Shown piece after piece: positions 1 to 7,244 of a DNA stretch of 9,038 nt. The stretch's first letter is position 1. Each line of letters begins with the position of its first letter. The translations under genes were made by a program, and so were the position numbers. The notes beneath the pieces are model-generated. The model was not told the DNA's origin, did not search any database, and saw only the letters and a list, made by a program, of their open reading frames with translations. Source of the stretch: Octopus sinensis (Eukaryota); assembly GCF_006345805.1 (NCBI RefSeq), contig NW_021828173.1, forward strand, positions 1-9,038. The letters are read 5' to 3'.

Positions 1-682
1 GGTTGATGTAGACCTCCCTGTTGAGTCTGAGGCCGTGTGGGAAGATGAATAGAGGAATAACGTCGCCATCACTAGTGATCACTCCAAACACCACGGTGTT
101 GAATGGATGTTTGATTTCTATCACTCTCGGTATATATTTTGGAGACATAGTAAGCTAATTGTTCTTCTGTGTGTTCACCATCTGATCATGTTAGACATTT
201 TTGTTGCCTGGGGAAAATCAAAGCATGTTCGGTTGGAGGGGATGCTAGTGTTTGTTCAAAATCTTCGTAGCACGGTCTTACCTATTGTTTGATGGCTTAG
301 GAAAAAAAATTGGCCCTTTCTCATCTTGTATGTGGAATGCCAGTTGTCTTCCTGCACTACCTACCTACCTGATAAGAAACTGAGACACTCCCATGTCCCT
401 GGCGATGGACCTGAGTGACTTGGCGAGACTGATCGTTGTCATGGCCTGGATATCGGCAACAAATTCAAGAGCGTTTTTCTTATCAGAACGATCTGAGTGA
501 GTTTTCCGAAATGCCTTTCCTTCGTAACCACCATTAGATTCATCCAGCTTTCTCCAAATCCTCTGCACTGCCCTCAGATTGACACCCAAACACTCTGAAA
601 TGTTCGTATTGGAGTTTCTGTCGCTAATACCAAGCAGTACAGCATGTCGTTTCCAAATTTCTAACAGAATGAATAGCTGTTT
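1..682 (-). pseudogene. Tc1/mariner transposase pseudogene: N-terminal HTH region to the first part of the catalytic domain
   Basis: Manual translation across breaks: EIWKRHAVLLGI...LGVNLRAVQRI...SLRSIARDMGVSQFLIR*...YKMRKGQF...LQPNML*FSPGNKN...PRVIEIKHPFNTVVFGVITSDGDVIPLFIFPHGLRLN. Stops at 365-367, 218-220, 191-193 and 155-157, with a 4-bp CTAC duplication near 361. The first catalytic Asp (FSDEK-type motif) reads G. The ATG seen in copy 2 is AAA here (680-682). Confidence 0.88.
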
Positions 683-794
683 TTCTCACAAACGGTGCTC
701 AACTGATCCTACGATACTGTGTAGTTGACAAAATCAAAAGCGCATGAACGAAAATAAAAATATAAAATGGCAACAATTTACACATCGCACTCTG
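1..794 (-). mobile_element. Decayed Tc1/mariner-superfamily DNA transposon, copy 1 (5' half; the 3' half runs off the left edge)
   Basis: The minus strand translates to transposase segments (next feature). The terminus reads TA|CAGAGTGCGATGTGTAAATTG on the minus strand, with TA at 795-796 as the expected target dinucleotide. Homologous to 3499-4204. Confidence 0.9.
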
Positions 795-1009
795 TATACA
801 TGCATATATATAACTATCTGAACACACACGTTTATCCATCTAGTACTGAATATGTCATGTGATCGATCAAAGGGACTAATGCCTTATATATTATAGTATA
901 AGAGGCTTATTGTCCAGAGACACATTTATTTATATAGGACTTGTAGGAGAGAATTAAAATATACTGTGTGACAATGTTGAGCCTATAAATAAGATGTAAC
1001 CGCACAGTT

Positions 1010-1670
1010 ACAACCTACGCAATTTCTTGCTTGTACTTTAAGTCAACTCGAAAACGAACGAAGCTTGTCCAAGCAGCCGCTTGGTTAAGCTTCATACGTG
1101 TGAATTTGATGTTACCAAAAATAAATCCTTAGGCACAAGATCGTCCACATCTCATTTATGTTGCCAATGTTTATTTAAGATACATTGATGAGGAGGACAT
1201 CATCTCATCCACTTACATTTCAATCCAAATTTCAGTCTATCATTCTCATAGATGAGAATTTAGATTTAGATATAAGTGTAATTAATTTCTTCAACAGTTC
1301 TTTATTCCATGCACTGTCGATGCATTCTATAGATTTGTAGATAGATTTAAATTCGGTTCTATAAGGTAAGCAGATATCTACTCGGTTAAGTAGAACGCTC
1401 TCGATAATACAAATTTATATTTATATATTGCAACACACTTAAGTTAAGGTATAGGATTAAAATATTACAGTCGAGGAGATATTAAATTTCTGAGAAGAAT
1501 ACTTTATTTCCAATTATCTTAGGTTCAACAAGTACATGTCGGGTCTAGTGGACACATATCTAAGAAAATAAAATAGAAGTTACCAGTACTCTAACCAACA
1601 TGAACATCACCTCACACTGATTATTGACTTGAATTTCAAGGAAACACGGGCATTTGGTATTAATACCCTT
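1010..1670 (+). pseudogene. Candidate heavily decayed Penelope-like RT plus GIY-YIG relic
   Basis: Motif-like pieces in the expected order across frames: CEFD...KSLGTR (~1100-1140), ANVYLRYIDE (~1164-1193; RT YxDD-type), LDLDISV (~1259), LRYRIKILQ (~1445; GYP-like thumb), ILY...QQVHVGSSGHISKKIK (~1500-1570; GIY-YIG-like), FGINT (~1653). It contains many stops, frameshifts and implied deletions. Matched by eye only. Confidence 0.4.
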
Positions 1671-1719
1671 AGGGCTTACAGAATATTAAAATTTATAGAA
1701 TGCTCACAAATAGTCCAAC

Positions 1720-1848
1720 AGAGTCACTGAAGTTAGTATATTCGATATATGCTCGCAGCCCTTAAAATATGTAAACACCAAGCAAAGAGCCTCGGGCAAA
1801 TATTTCGATAAGATTGCACAATACCTTCTAATATCTGTAAACAATCGT
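1720..1848 (+). repeat. Outer inverted repeat, left arm (pairs with 2248-2377)
   Basis: Hand alignment with the reverse complement of 2248-2377 gives 25 differences in 130 columns (~81%). Exact blocks include AAGTTAGTATATTCGATAT and TAAGATTGCACAATACC. Confidence 0.92.
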
Positions 1849-1849
1849 G

Positions 1850-1852
1850 TAT

Positions 1853-1903
<51 letters not shown>

Positions 1904-1922
1904 ATATATATATATTATATAT
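1850..1922. repeat. (TA)n microsatellite
   Basis: Directly visible, with a few interruptions. Confidence 0.97.
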
Positions 1923-2013
1923 CCGGAGTAAACACATAAGTGTGAAACAAGGGGTGAAAAAGAGTACTCAAATACCAGTGGTAGAGTAATATGCTTTATT
2001 TAAAGAAGCAAAA

Positions 2014-2075
2014 ATTCAACAAAACCTGTTACTCTGAGTTTCACGTTCCCGTTCGTCGGACAGTTTTGCTAGAAT
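2014..2075 (-). ncRNA. Type I hammerhead ribozyme motif (more complete copy)
   Basis: Minus strand: AUUC-U-AGCAAAAC-UGU [CCGACGA] ACG-GGAA-CGU [GAAA] CUC-A-GAG [UA] ACA-G-G-UUUUGUU-GAAU. Helix II is 3 bp with a GNRA loop, helix III is palindromic, and helix I is ~15 bp with two bulges. Predicted cleavage is after GUA, between 2030 and 2029. The core differs from CUGANGA at position 4 (C). Confidence 0.72.
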
Positions 2076-2110
2076 GTCCGACGAACGGGAACGTGAAACT
2101 CAGTGTAACA
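2075..2110 (+). ncRNA. Type I hammerhead ribozyme motif (shortened copy)
   Basis: UGU [CCGACGA 2078-2084] ACG-GGAA-CGU [GAAA 2095-2098] CUCAGUG [UA] ACA. Predicted cleavage is after 2107. Helix I is only 3 bp, and an A>T change at 2104 breaks one helix III pair. Confidence 0.55.
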
Positions 2111-2144
2111 GGTTTTGTTGAATTTTCTGCTGCTTTAAATAAAG

Positions 2145-2168
2145 TATATATATATATATATATATATA

Positions 2169-2204
<36 letters not shown>
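2145..2204. repeat. (TA)n microsatellite followed by a TG-rich tract
   Basis: Directly visible. Confidence 0.97.
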
Positions 2205-2210
<6 letters not shown>

Positions 2211-2247
2211 TGTGTGTGGTGTGTATATGTATATACATGGCATTGTT

Positions 2248-2377
2248 ACGAATGTGTACATATCTCAAAAGGGTATTGTGCAATCTTAGCGAAATATTTA
2301 TTTGAGGGCCTTTGCTTAGTGTTCACATATTTTAAGAGCGAAGAACAAATATCGAATATACTAACTTAGGTAACTCT
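2248..2377 (-). repeat. Outer inverted repeat, right arm (pairs with 1720-1848)
   Basis: See left arm; ~81% identity by hand alignment. Confidence 0.92.
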
Positions 2378-2629
2378 TTTATACTAATGTATGTACATCT
2401 GTACATACATATATACATTCATACATAAATAATTGTTTATGTCATATTATATTATATTATTTTCATAGTATATTATATCATACTATAAATAAGAATAAAT
2501 TAGTGGTTTGTCATTTGTATCACTCTATTTAATTTATTGCTTGTAATTTGCATTATAGCTATATTTATGTGGTATTCAACCGACGTACAAGTGAATTGGA
2601 TGTTTTAGACAACCCCTTTGAAGGAAGCT

Positions 2630-2648
2630 TTCATTTGTTTGTTACCTA

Positions 2649-2685
<37 letters not shown>

Positions 2686-2750
2686 ATATATATATTCATT
2701 TGTTTGTTACCTAATATATATATAATATATTATATATATATTATATATAA
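2630..2750 (+). repeat. Tandem duplication of a 20-bp unique sequence plus (TA)n
   Basis: TTCATTTGTTTGTTACCTAA occurs exactly at 2630-2649 and 2695-2714, each followed by a TA tract. Confidence 0.93.
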
Positions 2751-2834
2751 TAGAATATTAAAATTACTAAGTCTCTCTAAAAGAGATTACGGTGATAACA
2801 ATATATACTATATATATATTATATATATATATAT

Positions 2835-3036
2835 CTAATATCAACAATTGAGGGTAAAATTAATTAGTTATTAATCAATTTCACCAAAGTAGTGTTCAGT
2901 ATGTAAAAGGACCATTTAAGGCGAATTCAAAATATTACGTTATATAATTAGGGCTTAGTAAAATAAAATAAATTACTTTGTCACATACTGAACTTTCTAG
3001 AAATAGCAGCCAAAAAGTTTTTTAGCCATTTAGCCA
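2835..3036. repeat. Unclassified AT-rich interspersed repeat fragment between TA tracts
   Basis: Bounded by (TA)n on both sides and contains a perfect 11-bp inverted pair (GTTCAGTATGT 2894-2904 / ACATACTGAAC 2983-2993). It resembles an octopus repeat from recall only. Confidence 0.3.
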
Positions 3037-3045
3037 TATATATAT

Positions 3046-3240
3046 GGAGGTGCAATGGCCCAGTGGTTAGAGCAGCGGATTCGCGGTCGGAGGATCGCGG
3101 TTTCGATTCCCAGACCGAGCGTTGTATGTGTTTATTGAGCGAAAACACCTAAAGCACCTGTTGTACTCTTGCGCCACAGAAACCGGGAATGTGGGCCCAT
3201 GAGCCTGCCTAGGCTTGAAAAGGCGCATAAATAAATAAAT
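3046..3240 (+). mobile_element. tRNA-derived SINE, short or internally deleted copy with a (TAAA)n tail
   Basis: Pol III A-box TGGCCCAGTGG at 3056-3066, B-box-like GGTTTCGATTCC at 3099-3110, GC-rich body and (TAAA)n tail at 3228-3240. Not homologous to the two SINEs further right. Confidence 0.85.
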
Positions 3241-3249
3241 ATATTATTA

Positions 3250-3285
<36 letters not shown>

Positions 3286-3334
3286 TGATAATTCGTCGTG
3301 GTTGAGTACATAAATGGCCTTGGAATATATATAC

Positions 3335-3394
3335 CATGGTTTCAAACACCCACGTATAGGAAACGCACGTTGGCGCTATAATACTATAACGTAC
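3335..3394 (+). repeat. 60-bp dispersed direct repeat, copy A (copy B at 4963-5022)
   Basis: 51/60 identical to 4963-5022, with the last 25 bp (TTGGCGCTATAATACTATAACGTAC) identical. Confidence 0.9.
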
Positions 3395-3450
3395 GCTCGC
3401 AAACACATACACATATAATGCTATAACGTACACGCGCAAACACACACACA
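3377..3450 (+). repeat. Two-copy 37-bp tandem duplication grading into (CA)n (to ~3495)
   Basis: 3377-3413 versus 3414-3450 differ at 4 positions. Confidence 0.9.
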
Positions 3451-3498
3451 TATGCATACACACACACATACACACACATACACTCACACACATACTTA

Positions 3499-4204
3499 CA
3501 GGGTGAGGTGAAAAGCATGTCGTTTAAATTACACAAAAATGAAAATAGTACTGAGATCTCATTTTAACAGATATATTTACCAAAACTATCTTAAGATACT
3601 AAGGAGTAAATTTGTTCAATAAAATCAACATTGGCTTCAACCACGTCCTCTAGACTTCGGAATCTCTTGCAACTCTTCTGGGCGGTCTCCTTGTTTGAGT
3701 TGCCTTCATTTCATCTTTGGTGTTACAGGGAGTTTTATGTAACACCAAACGCTCCACATAAAATAATGAAAGGGATTGCAGTCTGGGGAATTATGTGGTC
3801 AGATGCTAGGGGGTGTGTGGTCGCAGAAATGGTCTGACAGCCACCCTGTTGATCTCCTCTAGGCCTCCGTGATGAATCTGAAACTGTGTGGGAAGATAAC
3901 GGCGCTATCACTAGTGATCACTCCTAACACAACGATGTGGAATGGATGTTTCATTTTTATCACTCTCGGTACATGTCCACAGATTGAGACCCAAACACAA
4001 TGAACTGTCCGTACTGGACCTTTCGGTGCAAAGCCCAAGAAGTACAGCATGTAGTTTCCAAATTTCTGGCAGAATGAATTTCGTCATGCTACTCTTGTCT
4101 TACAGACAGTGCCCAACTGATCCTACTATACTGTGTAGTCGACAGAATTTTTAAAAAATGACCACGCACGAAATAAATATATAAAATAGCAACAATTTAC
4201 TCAT
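3499..4204 (-). mobile_element. Internally deleted Tc1/mariner transposon, copy 2 (same family as 1-794)
   Basis: The left terminus is TA|CAGGGTG (TA at 3497-3498). ATG at 4085-4087 opens MTKFILPEIWKLHAVLLG. Later blocks are VPRVIKMKHPFHIVVLGVITSD, NSPDCNP (3772-3792) and NKETAQKSCKRFRSLEDVVEAN. The right terminus is degraded after CAACAATTTAC. Confidence 0.9.
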
Positions 4205-4220
4205 ATATCTGCGTGTGTGT

Positions 4221-4588
4221 ATTCTTTTATTCTTTTATTTGTTTCAGTCATTTACTGCGGCCATACTGGACCACCGCATTTAGTCGAGGAAATCGACCCC
4301 AGGTCTTATTTTTTGTAAGCTTAGTACTTATTCCATCGGTCTCTTTTGCGAACCTCTAACCTACGGGAACGTAGTCACACCATGGAGGAAAAGACACAGA
4401 CAGGCAAATACATACTTATTTATATACGACTGGCATCTTTCAGTTTCCATCTACCAAATCCACTCACAAGTCTTTGGTCGGCCCAAGGTTATAGTAGAAG
4501 ACACTTGCCCAAAGTGCCGCGTAGTGGGACTGAACCGGAACCATGTGGCTGGTAAACAAGCTTCTTACCACACAGTCACTCTTGCGCC
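4221..4588 (-). mobile_element. tRNA-derived SINE (same family as 6035-6442)
   Basis: Minus-strand A-box TGACTGTGTGG (4568-4578), B-box GGTTCAGTCCC (4526-4536) and an (AAAGAAT)n-type tail at 4221-4238. Collinear homology to 6035-6442. Confidence 0.93.
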
Positions 4589-4604
4589 TGTGTATGTATT
4601 TATT

Positions 4605-4615
4605 TATATATATAT

Positions 4616-4660
<45 letters not shown>

Positions 4661-4690
4661 TATAGAAAGAGCGAGAGAGAAAGAGAGAGA
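4605..4690. repeat. (TA)n then (GA)n compound microsatellite
   Basis: Directly visible. Confidence 0.95.
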
Positions 4691-4962
4691 CCCATATTTT
4701 TGTGTGTTGTGTGGGTTTCTCAGTTTATCTGAATCAATAAATATCCTTAACCCCCCACCCCCGGAAGCGTTTACCACTTTCCTATACGTCTTCAAGATGG
4801 AGTTATGCTGTTATATTCTGATTCTTTATGGTAGTGAGAAACAAATGTGTTTTCTATTGAATTCACCACCGGAATTCGAAACACGTTCTTTTCATTTATA
4901 TATCATAAGTCAGGTCTTGTATTCATGTATTATTGGTTGACGTTTCCAATCCGTTTATTGTT

Positions 4963-5027
4963 CATGGTTCCAAATGACCACTTTTGGGAAACGCTCATTG
5001 GCGCTATAATACTATAACGTACACTAG
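4963..5027 (+). repeat. 60-bp dispersed repeat, copy B, ending in CTAG|T (possible Helitron-type 3' end)
   Basis: Homologous to 3335-3394 and ends ...AACGTACACTAG at 5027, followed by T. The repeat is certain. The Helitron call is weak because the subterminal hairpin is poor. Confidence 0.4.
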
Positions 5028-5084
5028 TGTTTATCTTCACACATACATATACACACATACACACACACAGACACACACACATAC

Positions 5085-5775
5085 CAGGGTCCATAGTTGC
5101 GCTCATTCATCCTTTATGTTTGTGTAGAACCCAGAAGAGAAAGAAAAATATTTGTGTTCTCCTCTAATGCTTTCCTATCAAGTTTTGTTTCAAATTGTGT
5201 GATGTTCTGTGCTGTAGGTCCTCAAATGTCTAAGTAAATAGAAAGCCAACACGTGGACGTCATAACTTTGTGTCATATACAGTAGTTGAAGTCATGTAGT
5301 TTATAACTTTCATGTTTGTAATCAGTTCGATAAATCACGTTAGTCTTGAGAAATGTATTTGCGATTTACCTGCCCGTGCTTTCTCATATTCATGAGAAGG
5401 CTTTCAACTTTATTGTTTTTATTATACTTAGCGTTGGCTTATAGTTTGATGAAATGTATTTTGTGTTCTGTTTTACGAGAATTTTAATAATGAGTTCTTT
5501 TATTCTATAGTTAGTATTCATTTGATTCATATAATACCGTTTATGTGTAGTTTGTATATTTTTAATAGGTTTGTATTTCTCTGATGTATTTGTTATATTG
5601 TTTCAGAGTTTGTTTAGCTCTCTGGCTTTGTCTACAAGTCTGTTGTTAATTAGTGTTTCTTTTATTCTATAGATTTCTTTATCCAGTATTTATTTTGTAA
5701 GAACATAAATGATCTTCTATGTAAGAATTTACTATGGTATTGTATGTCTGCAAGTTTCTCGCTGTCTCCGTCTCA

Positions 5776-5776
<1 letters not shown>
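5085..5776 (-). pseudogene. Penelope-like retroelement relic: RT thumb, linker and GIY-YIG endonuclease (5'-truncated)
   Basis: Minus-strand blocks in order: YNTIVNSYI...LCS, LDKEIYRIKETLINN (5642-5686), YYMNQMNTNY (5507-5536), NKVESLLMN, KTNVIY (5330-5347), KLDRKALEENTNI (5147-5185). These match the PLE thumb (E..RIK..L..N[GYP]) and the GIY-YIG NVIY motif. Multiple stops and frameshifts. Confidence 0.82.

Positions 5777-5820
<44 letters not shown>
5777..5820. repeat. (TA)n microsatellite at the truncated 5' end of the PLE relic
   Basis: Near-perfect TA run. Confidence 0.97.
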
Positions 5821-5823
<3 letters not shown>

Positions 5824-6034
5824 GTTTGCCTTCGGTGGAAACGGACTTGATACATCTGTTATTTACTATGGCTGATATTAATGGCTAGAAATTGAACTAA
5901 TTGAAATGATTGGCTTTTCATGTTTCACTCCTGCGTGTCCTGTATTTTAGTACGGACCTAACCTTTAGGTCTTCCCTTAATTTGTCAGCGCCAAATTGGC
6001 TATTAACGTACAACTCCCATCATGTATTTAAACA

Positions 6035-6442
6035 AGGAGTGGCCTTGTGGTAAGTAGCTTGTTTACCAACCACATGGTTCCGGGTTCAGTACCACTGCGT
6101 GGCACCTTGGGCAAGTGTCCTCTACTATTGCCTCGGGCCGACCAAAGCCTTGTGAGTGGATTTGGTAGACGGAAACTGAAAGAAGTCCCTCGTATATATG
6201 TATATATATGCGCGTGTGTGTTTGTGTGTCTGTGTTTGTACCCCTAGCATTGCTTGACAACCGATGCTGGTGTGTTTATGTCCCCGTCACTTAGCGTTTC
6301 GGCAAAAGGGATCGATAGAATAAGTACTGGGCTTACAAAAGAATAAGTCCCGGGGTCGAGTTGATCAATTAAAGGCGGTGCTCCAGCATGGCCGCAGTCA
6401 AATGACTGAAACACGTAAAAGAGCGTAAAAGAGAGTAAGGAG
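6035..6442 (+). mobile_element. tRNA-derived SINE, near full length
   Basis: A-box TGGCCTTGTGG (6040-6050), B-box GGTTCAGTACC (6083-6093), an internal TA/TG tract and a tail with CGTAAAAGAG x2 (6414-6433). Confidence 0.95.
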
Positions 6443-6939
6443 CAATTGCCATGCACTACATTTCACAAGGGAAAATAAAAGTAGATAAAATAACATTCGT
6501 AGCCCTTATATATACTATGCGTAATTCCCCCCAAAAAAGTAGATTTTTAACAACGGAAACAATTTTTCAAAACAGAGTTTATTTGCAAAATAAAAACACA
6601 TACAGTAACTACAAAAGAAAACAAAGATAAAAAAAAACTGACTATGAGGTCTAAACCTAACGGTCAAAATTAAAATGCAAAAATAGAGCAATTTTGAAAA
6701 TTGCGATGTCCAGAACAAGTACTTGAACTTTCCATAATATAACAAGATATAAACACGGGCCACGTTGATCAAACACAAGTTGTGGGGCTATAAAGGGCTA
6801 AAATAGATGATAATATACTTGGAACCTTTACGATAGTAAAGGAGCTACGTTGAACGAGTACGAAAATGGGACAAAAGCTCGAGAAAAGTAATAGTAGTAG
6901 TTTTTAGTATGTCATATCTTGAAGAGAAATTGTTTTCCA

Positions 6940-7062
6940 TATATGTGTGTGTGCGCGCAAATATTGGGAGGGAGGGAAAGAGTGAGAATGAGAAAGAGAC
7001 AGACAAAGTATGAGAGAGATAGAGAGAGAGAGAGAAAAAATGGGAGAGAGAGAGAGAGAGAG
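6940..7062. repeat. (TG)n and (GA)n-rich simple repeats
   Basis: Directly visible. Confidence 0.9.
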
Positions 7063-7244
7063 GCGGTTATGTATGTCTGCTGAATATCGAGTGTGGAAAG
7101 AAATTTTAATCGATTACAATACTTGACTAGTAATTACTCGATCTACCCTAGAACAGGGAGGAAAGACAAAGGTTAACCTCCCATGGTTGAGAGACATAAA
7201 CAACTCGAGCCATTTTGACAGCAGGTACGCAATCATTCTATTAC

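Larger units (their letters stand above)
1923..2144. mobile_element. Fold-back non-autonomous element, probably a Penelope-like pseudo-LTR in inverted configuration
   Basis: Arms 1994-2062 and 2075-2144 are reverse complements with 3 differences in 70 columns, around a 12-nt spacer. Each arm carries a hammerhead motif followed about 30 nt later by AATAAA (2138-2143 plus; 1995-2000 minus). Only the left side keeps a further 71-nt tail (1923-1993). The unit is flanked by (TA)n on both sides. Confidence 0.7.

Noticed and set aside
1991-2305. ORFs 1991-2305 (+) and 2041-2283 (-) as proteins
   Set aside because: They cross the palindrome and (TA)n, and stay open because of repeat structure.
2860-2905. 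Minus-strand CTGAACA...GAAA as a hammerhead
   Set aside because: G8 is absent, helix II is weak and there is no helix I partner.
3046-3115. Genuine tRNA gene
   Set aside because: No clean acceptor stem, and it continues into a SINE body and tail.
107-4154. Plus-strand ORFs at 107-292, 3631-3837 and 3942-4154
   Set aside because: Antisense shadows of the transposase relics.
4361-4374. CTACG-GGAA-CGTAG hairpin sharing ACGGGAACGT with ribozyme helix II
   Set aside because: It lies inside a SINE, aligns to the ordinary SINE body, and has no catalytic core on either side.
4852-4888. Third hammerhead: hairpin GAATTC-ACCACCG-GAATTC followed by GAAACACGTT
   Set aside because: The 3' half looks right, but the upstream 7 nt (TTCTATT) do not match CUGANGA and no adjacent helix I forms.
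5821-6030. Upstream continuation of the PLE RT (minus-strand GSCTLIANL)
   Set aside because: A single weak motif with no YxDD following it.
1242-6842. Scattered perfect 6-8 bp hairpins (1242-1259, 5381-5398, 5955-5971, 6825-6842) as a mutational signature or terminators
   Set aside because: A rough estimate (5 kb x 7 loop sizes x 0.27^7) gives about 4 such stems by chance, similar to the number seen.
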